Shown here: in pieces, positions 33,585 through 42,683 of the stretch
How positions within the stretch are numbered: the first letter of the stretch is position 1
How the letters are laid out: every line of letters begins with the position of its first letter
Assembly: GCA_964489885.1 (NCBI GenBank)
Contig: CAZAZX010000003.1
Coordinates: forward strand, 29,036-93,035
Source: an uncultured Lachnospiraceae bacterium
GTDB lineage: Bacteria; Bacillota; Clostridia; TANB77; CAG-508
Length of the DNA stretch: 64,000 nt
Direction: 5' to 3'
Notes under the pieces: generated by a model
Seen by the model: the letters and a program-made list of their open reading frames with translations, nothing else
What the model was told of the DNA's origin: nothing
Database searches by the model: none
Position numbers and translations under genes: made by a program

Positions 33585-33900
33585 ACAACATTGAAAGAGA
33601 CTATATTAAATTTCTTTTTTATAGAGAGTTTATGTTTGGTGGAAATAAACAAAAAGGGTTTAAGAATCTACTCTGGAGTTTTTAGTGAAAGCTAAACCGC
33701 TAATACTGGTTATCGTATTTTAGAGTATAATAAAAGGTGGTACCACGTATATAGACGTCCTTTAGCATTTTGCTATTGGACGTTTTATTATGAAACCACA
33801 AGTTGAGTCTAGTTCTTATTGCGAAAGCAACAAGGTTCAGGGGTACCCACCCACGACTTTGCCGTGTTGGTGGGGCGGGTTCTTATCTATCTTTATTCTT
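33585..33900 (+). promoter_or_regulatory. T-box riboswitch leader (serine specifier) controlling serS
   Basis: Conserved T-box sequence AAAAGGTGGTACCACG at 33732-33747. Terminator helix CCCACC...GGTGGG plus a T-run at about 33847-33900 could alternatively pair with the T-box. Candidate specifier GAA-UCU-A at about 33690; AGAGA-like motif upstream. Confidence 0.7.
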
Positions 33901-33957
33901 TAGTTTATAATTGACCTAACTGGTCATAAATATATTTTTTAGAAAGGGTTGATTAAT

Positions 33958-35247
33958 ATGTTAGATATTAAATTTTTAAGAGAAAATCCAGAACTTGTAA
34001 AGGAAAACATAAGGAAAAAATTTCAAAACCATAAATTGGTATTGGTTGATGAAGTTATCGATTTAGATGAAAAGTATAGAAAGGCTAAATCTTCTGGAGA
34101 TGACTTAAGAGCAGAGCGTAAATCTTTAAGTTCTGAAATTGGAAATTTAATGCGTCAAGGTAAGAAAGATGAAGCTGAAAAAGTAAAAGCTAAAGTTCAA
34201 GAAATTAACAATAAACTTGAAGAAAATGAAAAACTTGAAAATGAATATTCTGAAGAAGTAAAAATAAGAATGATGAAAATTCCTAATATGATGGATCCTT
34301 CTGTTCCTATTGGTGAAGACGACTCTAAAAATGTTGAAGTTCAAAGATATGGCGAGCCAAAGGTTCCTGACTATGAAATTCCCTTCCATGGTGAAATTCT
34401 AGAAGCCTTAAATGGAGTTGATTTTGATGCTGCCCGTCGTGTTGCTGGGAATGGTTTTTATTATTTAATGGGTGACATTGCAAGACTTCATTCTGCTTGT
34501 CTAACTTATGCTAGAGATTTTATGATTAACAAGGGATTTACATATTGTATTCCTCCATTTATGATTCGTTCAGACGTTGTTACTGGTGTTATGAGCTTCG
34601 AAGAAATGGATGCTATGATGTACAAAATTGAAGATGAAGATTTATATTTAATTGGCACTAGCGAACACTCTATGATTGGTAAATTCAAAGACCAAATTTT
34701 AAGAAAAGAAGATTTACCTTATACTATGACTTCTTATTCTCCTTGCTTTAGAAAAGAAAAGGGAGCTCATGGTATTGAAGAACGTGGTATTTATCGTATC
34801 CATCAATTTGAAAAACAAGAAATGATTGTTATTTGCGAACCTGAAGATAGTAAAAAATGGTATGATAAAATGTGGTCTTATACTGTTGAACTTTTTAGAA
34901 GCATGAATATTCCTGTTCGTACTTTGGAATGTTGCAGTGGAGACTTAGCTGACTTAAAATCAAAAAGTGTTGATGTTGAAGCATGGAGCCCTAGACAAAA
35001 GAAATATTTTGAAGTTGGCAGTTGCTCTAATTTAACTGATGCTCAATCTAGAAGATTAGGAATACGTATTAAAGGTGAAAATGAAAATTATTTTGCTCAT
35101 ACTCTAAATAATACTGTTATTGCCCCACCTCGTATGTTGATTGCTATTTTAGAAAACAATTATCAACCTGATGGAAGTGTAATTGTTCCTGAAGTTTTAA
35201 GACCTTATATGGGTGGACTCGAAAAAATTGAAATAAAGAAAAAATAG
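33958..35247 (+). CDS. serS: Seryl-tRNA synthetase, ~429 aa
   Basis: N-terminal coiled-coil arm and class II core motifs. The start is taken at the ATG 9 nt after the AGAAAGGG SD; the listed ORF begins 3 codons earlier at a TTG. Confidence 0.95.
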   Translation: MLDIKFLRENPELVKENIRKKFQNHKLVLVDEVIDLDEKYRKAKSSGDDLRAERKSLSSEIGNLMRQGKKDEAEKVKAKVQEINNKLEENEKLENEYSEEVKIRMMKIPNMMDPSVPIGEDDSKNVEVQRYGEPKVPDYEIPFHGEILEALNGVDFDAARRVAGNGFYYLMGDIARLHSACLTYARDFMINKGFTYCIPPFMIRSDVVTGVMSFEEMDAMMYKIEDEDLYLIGTSEHSMIGKFKDQILRKEDLPYTMTSYSPCFRKEKGAHGIEERGIYRIHQFEKQEMIVICEPEDSKKWYDKMWSYTVELFRSMNIPVRTLECCSGDLADLKSKSVDVEAWSPRQKKYFEVGSCSNLTDAQSRRLGIRIKGENENYFAHTLNNTVIAPPRMLIAILENNYQPDGSVIVPEVLRPYMGGLEKIEIKKK

Positions 35248-35287
35248 ATTATACTTAATCTTAATAAAATGAAAGGGAAATGTTATT

Positions 35288-35878
35288 ATGGCCTTTATTG
35301 TAAAAAATCCTAAATTTGAAGTTTCAGCTGTTAGACCAAAACAATATCCTAAAAATAATTTACCAGAAATTGTGCTTGTTGGAAAATCTAACGTTGGAAA
35401 ATCTTCTTTTATTAATACGATGATTCATAGAAAAAGCCTTGCTAGGACAAGCAGTGAACCTGGAAAAACTAGACAAATTAATTTTTATAATATTGATGAA
35501 AAATTTTATTTTGTTGATTTACCCGGATATGGTTTTAGTAAGATGTCTAAATCAGAACAAGAACGCGTAAATATGTTTATAGAAGACTATCTTTTTAATA
35601 GTGAAAACATTAAACTCATTATTTTCTTAGTCGATATTCGTCATAATCCTACTGAAAATGATGCAATTATGTATAACTACTGCATAAGAAGAAATTTACC
35701 TTTCCTAGTACTTTGCAATAAAGCTGATAAAATTGCAATTACCAAAGTAGATGATGCAGTCAATTCTATTCAAGCTATACTTAATCCATTAAAAGATATA
35801 ATCTTCCTTCCATTTTCAGCTGAAAGAAAAATTTACACAGAAAATGTATGGGACATTATTGAAAAAAATATACAATAA
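35288..35878 (+). CDS. engB: Ribosome biogenesis GTP-binding protein YihA/EngB (YsxC), 196 aa
   Basis: G1 GKSNVGKSS, G3 DLPGYG, and G4 NKAD motifs. Confidence 0.9.
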   Translation: MAFIVKNPKFEVSAVRPKQYPKNNLPEIVLVGKSNVGKSSFINTMIHRKSLARTSSEPGKTRQINFYNIDEKFYFVDLPGYGFSKMSKSEQERVNMFIEDYLFNSENIKLIIFLVDIRHNPTENDAIMYNYCIRRNLPFLVLCNKADKIAITKVDDAVNSIQAILNPLKDIIFLPFSAERKIYTENVWDIIEKNIQ

Positions 35879-36010
35879 AATTTAGCTAATGTTTTATTAA
35901 GAATTTTGTCTTTTATTCTTTATTTTTGCTATATTTTATAGTATAATAATTGTATGTGAAAAATTTTATACAAAAGTTAAATTTGTTAATTTTTGTAAAA
36001 AGGAGTTATT

Positions 36011-36478
36011 ATGGTTATGTGGCAATTTTGGTTAATTGTTGCTGGAATTTTCTTCATTGGAGAAATATTTACTGCTGGATTCCTAGTTTTTTGGGTTGGA
36101 GTTGGAGCCGTTTTTGCAATGATTTCAAGCTTTTTTACAGATAACATTATAATTCAAACAACTATCTTTGTTCTTCTTTCTGGCATATTACTTTTCTTTA
36201 CAAGACCATTTGTTAGAAAATATGTAGATAAGGATCAAGACAATGTTGTTACAAACGCAATGTCTGTTGTTGGAAAAAAAGGCGTTGTTACCGAAGAAAT
36301 TGATACTGTAAAAAGTGTTGGACTTGTAAAAGTTGGTGAAGAAGTTTGGTCAGCAACAACTGAAACGCAAGATGTAATACCAAAAGGTACAAAAGTAGAA
36401 GTTAAAGATATTAATGGTGTTAAACTTGTTGTTACACCTATAGTTTCTGCTCAAGCAGTTGAAAAAACTGCAAAATAA
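36011..36478 (+). CDS. NfeD-family membrane protein (short YuaF-like form), 155 aa
   Basis: N-terminal TM helices plus a C-terminal OB-fold beta domain; immediately precedes an SPFH protein, the typical NfeD-SPFH operon. Confidence 0.75.
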   Translation: MVMWQFWLIVAGIFFIGEIFTAGFLVFWVGVGAVFAMISSFFTDNIIIQTTIFVLLSGILLFFTRPFVRKYVDKDQDNVVTNAMSVVGKKGVVTEEIDTVKSVGLVKVGEEVWSATTETQDVIPKGTKVEVKDINGVKLVVTPIVSAQAVEKTAK

Positions 36479-36500
36479 ATTATAAGGGGGATTTTAACTT

Positions 36501-37409
36501 ATGTGGTTTTTAATCGTTTTATTAATCATAATTTTAGTTATAGCATTTAATACAATTAAAGTTGTTAGACAATCAGAAGTTTACATTATTGAAAGGTTAG
36601 GTAAATTCCATAAAATAGCTGATGCTGGACTTACAATTATTGTTCCATTTTTTGACCGTGTTCGTTCTGTTGTAAGCTTAAAACAACAAACTATGGATAT
36701 ACCACCACAAGGCGTTATCACAAAAGATAATGTTACAATAACAATAGATACTGTTGTTTTCTATCAAATTACAGATCCTGCTAAGGCTGTATATGAAATT
36801 CAATCTTTGAAAAAAGGTATTGAATATTTAGCAATTACTACTATTCGTGATATAGTTGGTAAAATGGATTTAGATGCAACATTTAGTTCAAGAGATGCAA
36901 TTAATCAAAAATTAAGAGTTATTCTTGATGAAGCAACAGATAAATGGGGTTGTAGAATTGACCGTGTTGAAATAAAAGATATTAACCCTCCTGCTGATAT
37001 CCGTGATGCAATGGAAAAACAAATGAATGCAGAAAGAAATAAAAGAGCTTTAATTTTACAAGCAGAAGCTGAAAAGCAATCAGCTGTTACTATTGCTGAA
37101 GGTAAAAAAGAAGCTGCTATTCTTGAAGCTGAAGCTGATAAAGAAGCAAGAATTCGTAGAGCTGCCGGTGAAGCTGCTGCTATTGAAAAAGTTGCTGAAG
37201 CTAAAGCTAAGGAAGTTCAATTAGTTTATGATGCAATAAAAGACGCAAAACCAGACGAAAAATTAGTTCAATTAAAATCTTTAGAGGCATTAGAAAAAGT
37301 TGCAAATGGTGAAGCAAATAAAGTGTTTATTCCTTTTGAAGCAACATCAGCTCTAGCAGGACTTGGAGCTGCAAGCGAAGTGTTTAAAGAAAAGAAGAAA
37401 AAAGAATAA
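36501..37409 (+). CDS. SPFH/Band-7 (stomatin/flotillin-like) protein, 302 aa
   Basis: N-terminal TM, SPFH domain, and a C-terminal Ala/Glu-rich coiled coil (EAEAEKQ...). Confidence 0.85.
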   Translation: MWFLIVLLIIILVIAFNTIKVVRQSEVYIIERLGKFHKIADAGLTIIVPFFDRVRSVVSLKQQTMDIPPQGVITKDNVTITIDTVVFYQITDPAKAVYEIQSLKKGIEYLAITTIRDIVGKMDLDATFSSRDAINQKLRVILDEATDKWGCRIDRVEIKDINPPADIRDAMEKQMNAERNKRALILQAEAEKQSAVTIAEGKKEAAILEAEADKEARIRRAAGEAAAIEKVAEAKAKEVQLVYDAIKDAKPDEKLVQLKSLEALEKVANGEANKVFIPFEATSALAGLGAASEVFKEKKKKE

Positions 37410-37434
37410 TAAACTTGGATAACCATACAATAAA

Positions 37435-37467
37435 AATATCTGAGAATAAACTCAGATATTTTTTTTG
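37435..37467 (+). terminator. Rho-independent terminator of the nfeD-SPFH operon
   Basis: Stem AAATATCTGAG / CTCAGATATTT followed by T8. Confidence 0.65.
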
Positions 37468-37487
37468 TATTTGTTTTATACACACCA

Positions 37488-37522
37488 AAAAAACAAGCAT
37501 ATTTTCTTATGCTTGTTTTTTA
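37488..37522 (-). terminator. Rho-independent terminator of the tandem-OB gene (bidirectional)
   Basis: Stem AACAAGCAT / ATGCTTGTT with A-run and T-run flanks. Confidence 0.6.
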
Positions 37523-37547
37523 GTTATTATTAAATATATCAAAAAAA

Positions 37548-38255
37548 TTAAATGGCTTCCTTATTTTCAATTGTATCATCATCTGTTGCAGAATCATCAT
37601 TTTCATTTACTATTTCTAGACTTCCAATTGAAACTTCATAAGCTACTCTTTGTTCAACTGTTCCATCTTCTAATTTTTTCTCATAATTTCTAGATTGAAC
37701 TCTTCCAACTATTCTAACACAAGTACCAACTTTCATATTTTGGCAAAATCTTGCATTTCTGCCCCAAGCAATACATGGAATATAGTCAGATTTGTTATAT
37801 GCTCTATTTACTGCAAGCAATATATCTGCAATCTCTCTTTTAAATGGTGTTTGTCTGTAAATAGGTGGTTTGCAAATAAAACCGTTTAAAACAACTTCGT
37901 TTGAAACAAATTCCTCGTTTCCTTCCTCTTGTTGTTCTTCCATTTCACTTTCGTCCATAATATCTTTTGCAAAAACTGTTAATATTAATTTGTTTCTGTT
38001 GTTTTCGTAAGTGTTATATGAACGGAACTGACCCTTTACAATGATTTTCTTACCAACTTCTAATGTTTCTCCTGTTAATAGTCTATCAGATACTGTTATA
38101 GGTATAATATCTGATGTGCCACTTAAACGTGGTATTTCTAAGCTAAATACATAAAAGCTTTCTCCATAAACTTCATGACTAAATTTCTTTTCTGTTGCTA
38201 CTTTTCCTACTAATATTAAATAGTTATTATCTGAATAATTAGTATCCATTTTCAC
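37548..38255 (-). CDS. SSB-like protein with two tandem OB folds and an acidic tail, 235 aa
   Basis: The C-terminal half (NEVVLNGFICKPPIYRQTP...IPCIAWGRNARFCQNMKVGTCVRIVGRVQSRNYEKKLEDGTVEQRVAYEVSIGSLEIV) matches the SSB OB-fold pattern. The N-terminal half repeats the pattern (ILVGKV...VKGQFRSYN). Acidic C-terminus DDSATDDDTIENKEAI. Confidence 0.6.
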   Translation of the reverse strand: MKMDTNYSDNNYLILVGKVATEKKFSHEVYGESFYVFSLEIPRLSGTSDIIPITVSDRLLTGETLEVGKKIIVKGQFRSYNTYENNRNKLILTVFAKDIMDESEMEEQQEEGNEEFVSNEVVLNGFICKPPIYRQTPFKREIADILLAVNRAYNKSDYIPCIAWGRNARFCQNMKVGTCVRIVGRVQSRNYEKKLEDGTVEQRVAYEVSIGSLEIVNENDDSATDDDTIENKEAI

Positions 38256-38573
38256 AATTTTTTCCTCCCCTTACATTATTTATCTATTGTAGTTTATTCA
38301 AATTGTTTCAGCTTTAGAATAAATAAATTTAATTTACTTCTATATTATAACATCTTTTTCCAGTTTTGTCTACATAAAAAGTTGAAATTTGCATTATTCA
38401 TTCATATTTAGGTGTTTTATTAATATAAACATTATTTTCCACTATATTTGCAGATGTTTCCATAGTATTTCTATTAGAAATAAATACATTTGCAACTGCA
38501 AATAAAGCTATAACAGTAAATACAGAAACAACATAAGATATTATTTTAGCCTTGTTAAATAAGAATAACATTA

Positions 38574-38618
38574 AAAAAACCCCCTATAGCATTATTGTTT
38601 AATCTTATGCTATAGAGG
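38574..38618 (-). terminator. Rho-independent terminator after mtaD
   Basis: Stem CCTCTATAGCAT / ATGCTATAGGGG (one mismatch) followed by GTTTTTTTAATG on the minus strand. Confidence 0.6.
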
Positions 38619-38623
38619 AAATT

Positions 38624-39838
38624 TTATTCATGCAAATTTAAAATTTTTCCATTAATCATTGTTAATTTTATATTAGACCCTTTTGCATTATAAATTATAT
38701 CAGCAAAAATATCATTTATTGGTGTAGTTGTAGTTCCATTTAAGTCTAGAAGAATTAAATCTGCTTTTTTACCAATTTCTATACTTCCTATTTCATTATC
38801 TTTTCTTAGTGCCTTTGCTCCATTTATTGTTGCCATTTTCAATACTTCAAATGCAGGCATAGCTATTGGATTTTCATATTCACCTTTTTGTAATAATGCT
38901 GCAAATTTCATAGTTTCAAACATATCCATATTGCTTCCACTTCCCTGTCCATCAGTTCCCAATGTTATATTAATACCCATTTCTCTCATTTTTTCTATAT
39001 TTGCTATTCCGCATCCAAGCCTTAAATTACTTATTGGACAATGTGCAACACTAAAGTTTAACTTTTTTATCACTTCCATATCCTTTTGGCTTAATTTAAC
39101 ACAATGGGCTAAAATCGCCTTTGTTCCATAGAAATATTTTTCAAGCACCTCAGAAGGATTTTGAACATTATGTATTCTTTTAATATCTTCAACCTCTTTT
39201 GTATTTTCGCAAAAGTGCATATGAATTGTTAAATTATATTTTCTTGCTAAGTCTGTTGCTCTTTTTACATATTCTGGGCTACAAGTATATAATCCATGAA
39301 TTCCAAGACTTAGTGAAATTTTTTCGTCGACATCTTTATATTTTTCAATTAATTCTTCAAATTCTTTAATTCTCGTTTCTCCGTCATTATCAGCATCCAT
39401 TAAAACACGTGTAAGCTCAATTCTTATTTGTTTTTCCAATGCTGCCTTTATAATGTGTTCTGTCATGAAATATTGATCATTGACAGTTGTTGTTCCAGTT
39501 TCAATCATTTCTCTAAATGTTAAAATTGAAGCATTATATATGTCTTCTCCTAATAATTTTGCCTCTATAGGCCATATTTTTTCTTCAAGCCATTCTTGTA
39601 ATGGACATCCGTCTGCAATTTCTCTAAAAATACTCATAGGAACATGCGCGTGTGTGTTTATTAAACCTGGTAATAACACTCTATTTTTCGCATCAATCGT
39701 ATTATCAACCCTTGCCTCAATTTGTCTTCCAATTTCAGCTATTTTATCATTTTCTACTAAAACATCTATTTCTTGTTGCATTTTTGGTCTTGTATCATCC
39801 ATTGAAATAAGTGTTGCATTTTTAATTAAAGTTTTCAT
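38624..39838 (-). CDS. mtaD: 5-methylthioadenosine/S-adenosylhomocysteine deaminase (TRZ/ATZ amidohydrolase), ~404 aa
   Basis: Metal-binding LLPGLINTHAHVPMS motif and full amidohydrolase fold. The start is set at the second ATG, 7 nt after the GAGGAG SD; the listed ORF extends 21 codons further upstream. Confidence 0.85.
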   Translation of the reverse strand: MKTLIKNATLISMDDTRPKMQQEIDVLVENDKIAEIGRQIEARVDNTIDAKNRVLLPGLINTHAHVPMSIFREIADGCPLQEWLEEKIWPIEAKLLGEDIYNASILTFREMIETGTTTVNDQYFMTEHIIKAALEKQIRIELTRVLMDADNDGETRIKEFEELIEKYKDVDEKISLSLGIHGLYTCSPEYVKRATDLARKYNLTIHMHFCENTKEVEDIKRIHNVQNPSEVLEKYFYGTKAILAHCVKLSQKDMEVIKKLNFSVAHCPISNLRLGCGIANIEKMREMGINITLGTDGQGSGSNMDMFETMKFAALLQKGEYENPIAMPAFEVLKMATINGAKALRKDNEIGSIEIGKKADLILLDLNGTTTTPINDIFADIIYNAKGSNIKLTMINGKILNLHE

Positions 39839-39884
39839 CATTCTTCTCCTCAATTCTTTTCTCAATAAAACTATTTTAACATTA

Positions 39885-39927
39885 AAAAATAAAAAAAACA
39901 ACTCTAGTAAATTAATACTAGAGTTGT
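39885..39927 (-). terminator. Intrinsic terminator-like hairpin about 50 nt upstream of the mtaD start (candidate attenuator)
   Basis: Perfect 12-bp stem ACAACTCTAGTA / TACTAGAGTTGT followed by U9AU6 on the minus strand. It is directly preceded by a second perfect 10-bp hairpin at 39928-39951 whose 3' arm abuts it. Confidence 0.5.
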
Positions 39928-40272
39928 AAAGTTACAACACATTGTAACTTTAGGTATAAAAATATTTAACATCTAATTTATATTTATATGAGAATTTCAG
40001 GATAAATCATATTATAATATTAATCAATAGGCACCTACTTCCTTTCTTTTAAATTTTTTTATTTAATTTTATATTTATTCTCAAATCAATTTCTTATAGG
40101 CATTTCTCCTTTCTTTCTAAAAATTTATTTCCATTTCTATCATTTTCTCCCTCCTCTTTCTTAGTATGTATATATTTTACAAATGACTTATGTTTTCTGT
40201 GTGAAAATAATTTGAAGATTTAAAATATTTTTCACAATAACAGTTTTGCTTCTTTTTAGCATATTTAAGCCG

Positions 40273-40303
40273 AAAGAGTCAGTTTCTTTCAAACTGACTC
40301 TTT
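40273..40303 (-). terminator. Hairpin downstream of the histidine kinase gene
   Basis: Perfect 13-bp stem AAAGAGTCAGTTT / AAACTGACTCTTT; flanking T-run is weak. Confidence 0.35.
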
Positions 40304-40324
40304 GTAAATTTAATGTGAAAATAT

Positions 40325-41842
40325 TTATACTTTCTTTGCTTCTATTAAGTTTACTAAATCAATATCAAAATAAAATTCTACTCCATTATCCCTATTGTAA
40401 ACACCATATTCGCTTTTGTAATTGTTCATTATAGCCTTTACTAAAGATAAACCTATTCCTGTTCCTCCATTTGCACGATTTCTAGAACTATCAATTTTAT
40501 AAAATCTATTCCAAATTCTATTTAAATCTTCATCTTTAAATTGTTCTCCTGTATTATATACATATATTCTTGCCTTGTTATTTTTCTTTTCAATTCTTAT
40601 TTCAATTAAATTTTCTCCGTTTACTTCTTCAACGTGTTTTATTGCATTCGTTACATAGTTTGTAATGACTTGATCTATATAAAATTCATCAGCATACACG
40701 TATACAGGGTCATTATTTGTAAATTTAATTACTGTATTTTTATCAATTTTCATAACATCAGTCTTTCTAAGTACTTCTCTAATTAACTCTGTTATGTCAA
40801 AATTCATATTATTAAATTTTCGTTTTCCATATTCTAATTTCATTAATTCAAGCAATTGTTTTACTAGTTTATCCATTTTATTTGCTTCATCTATAATAAC
40901 GTCAATATAAAATTGCCTGCTTTCCTCATCTGTCGTTACATTTTCTTTTAGGCCTTCTGCATACCCCTGTATTAAAGCAATTGGTGTTTTTAGTTCATGT
41001 GAAACATCAGATATAAATTGTTTTCTCATCTCATCTATTTTTGATTTATGTTCTATATCCTTTTCTAATTCTATATTTGCTTCTTTTAATTTCATAATCG
41101 TTTTCTCGAGCTTATCTGAAAGTATATTTATGCTTTTACCTAAATTATCAATTTCATCTTCTGTATTTCTTTCTTGATATTTCTTTGTAAAATCAAGATT
41201 TGTCATATTTCTAGCAATATTGTCCAATTCATAAATTGGCTTAGTAAATCTTTCAGCAATTACCAATACAACAAATCCACCAAGTAAAATTGTAAAACTT
41301 CCTATTAATAATAAGAAATTATTAGAAATTTTAACACTTTCTTGAATAGAAGCTATTGGCAATCGAATATATAATTTATATCCATTATCTAGTTCAGCAG
41401 ATAAAAATATTATGTTCAGTGCCGTTTCCTTATCTTCTACCTGTGTTATAAAAACCTTATTATTTTTATATAAAATTCCGTTTGGCAAACTTCTTGCTTC
41501 TATTTCCTCTGTTTCATTAATTTGTTCCATCGTATCTAAAAAGTGTCTATTAGAAGAAAATATTGTTTCACCTAATTGTGATTGTATTATCATATCGAAA
41601 TTGTTATTAAGTGATATTTTCTCAAACTCTAATTCATAATTAGAATTTGGATTGTAAGTATTGTAATAACTATTAATATATTTATATGTATCTAGTAAGG
41701 AATTTCTTTTTGAATATAAATAGTAGGTCTCTAATACCACACTATTTATTGATATTAGAAGCAATATAATAATTATTACGACAATTGTTAAAGTTAAAAA
41801 CAGTTTCATTCTAATAGATTTTAATGGTTTAGGTACTGTCAT
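40325..41842 (-). CDS. Sensor histidine kinase (two TM, HAMP, HisKA, HATPase_c), 505 aa
   Basis: H-box SHELKTPIALIQGY, N-box NAIKH, and G-box GGTGIGLS; paired with an upstream OmpR-type regulator. Confidence 0.85.
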   Translation of the reverse strand: MTVPKPLKSIRMKLFLTLTIVVIIIILLLISINSVVLETYYLYSKRNSLLDTYKYINSYYNTYNPNSNYELEFEKISLNNNFDMIIQSQLGETIFSSNRHFLDTMEQINETEEIEARSLPNGILYKNNKVFITQVEDKETALNIIFLSAELDNGYKLYIRLPIASIQESVKISNNFLLLIGSFTILLGGFVVLVIAERFTKPIYELDNIARNMTNLDFTKKYQERNTEDEIDNLGKSINILSDKLEKTIMKLKEANIELEKDIEHKSKIDEMRKQFISDVSHELKTPIALIQGYAEGLKENVTTDEESRQFYIDVIIDEANKMDKLVKQLLELMKLEYGKRKFNNMNFDITELIREVLRKTDVMKIDKNTVIKFTNNDPVYVYADEFYIDQVITNYVTNAIKHVEEVNGENLIEIRIEKKNNKARIYVYNTGEQFKDEDLNRIWNRFYKIDSSRNRANGGTGIGLSLVKAIMNNYKSEYGVYNRDNGVEFYFDIDLVNLIEAKKV

Positions 41843-41857
41843 AAAATACTTTCCTTT

Positions 41858-42538
41858 CTATTTTACTTCAAATTTATATCCTATTCCTCTCATTGTTTTT
41901 ATATATTTTCCTTTTTTACCTAACTTATGTCTAATTTTCTTTATATGGCTATCTATTGTTCTTGAATCTCCATAATAATCATAGTTCCATACATTATTTA
42001 AAATTTTATCTCTTGATAATGCAATATTTTCATTGTCCACTAAATATTTTAACAATTCATACTCTCTTAAACTCATTTCAACAAACTTTCCATCAACACT
42101 TACAGTTCTTCCATCTGAATCAATTTTTATTCCTCCATAGTCTTTTTCTGAATTGTTCTTATCTCCATAAGCTCTATTTAAAATTGCTTGTACTTTTGCT
42201 ACTAAAATTTTTGGACTAAATGGCTTTGGTATATATTCATCAACACCCAGTTCAAACCCAAATAATTCGTCTTGTTCTTCTGCTCTTGCTGTAAGCATCA
42301 CTATTGGAACTTTTGAACTTTGTCTAATTTGGCGAAGAACAGACCATCCATCAAGTTTTGGCATCATTACATCTAATAAAATTAAACTTATTTTATCTTT
42401 TTCTTGATTAAAAATCTCTATAGCCTTTTCTCCATCTTCTGCTTCAATTATGCTAAAATTTTCCTTAGTTAAAAAATCTTTAATCAATTTTCTCATTCTT
42501 GATTCATCATCAACTACTAATATCGTATACTCATTCAT
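41858..42538 (-). CDS. OmpR/PhoB-family response regulator, ~226 aa
   Basis: Receiver domain (ILVVDDE...LDVMMP) and winged-helix output (GYKFE). The start is taken at the internal MNEYTILVVDD. Confidence 0.88.
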   Translation of the reverse strand: MNEYTILVVDDESRMRKLIKDFLTKENFSIIEAEDGEKAIEIFNQEKDKISLILLDVMMPKLDGWSVLRQIRQSSKVPIVMLTARAEEQDELFGFELGVDEYIPKPFSPKILVAKVQAILNRAYGDKNNSEKDYGGIKIDSDGRTVSVDGKFVEMSLREYELLKYLVDNENIALSRDKILNNVWNYDYYGDSRTIDSHIKKIRHKLGKKGKYIKTMRGIGYKFEVK

Positions 42539-42639
42539 ACACAAAGCTCCTTAATTACATAATTTTTGATTTATTATAAAATATTTTTATGTCTATTTTG
42601 TGAATTTCTCAGAATTTTTTCTACATTGATAAGATTCCA

Positions 42640-42681
42640 ATAAAAAAGTAAACAAATCAAAGAAAAACTCTTTGATTTGTT
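42640..42681 (-). terminator. Rho-independent terminator after the fic gene (bidirectional)
   Basis: Perfect 12-bp stem AACAAATCAAAG / CTTTGATTTGTT with A-run and T-run flanks, immediately 3' of the fic stop. Confidence 0.6.
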
Positions 42682-42683
42682 AT

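Noticed and set aside
33462-33695. 77-aa plus-strand ORF upstream of serS
   Set aside because: It spans the 23-bp palindrome, the serS promoter and T-box Stem I; its coding potential is implausible. The region is a regulatory RNA leader.
38456-38629. 57-codon minus-strand ORF (MLFLFNKAKIISYVVSVFTVIALFAVANVFISNRNTMETSANIVENNVYINKTPKYE) between mtaD and the tandem-OB gene
   Set aside because: It has a single TM helix and is plausible as a small membrane protein. However, its ATG is embedded in the U-tract of the mtaD terminator, with no SD, so it is not called.
40246-40434. 62-aa plus-strand ORF at the histidine kinase 3' end
   Set aside because: It overlaps the HK coding sequence and its downstream hairpin, on the antisense strand, and has no RBS.
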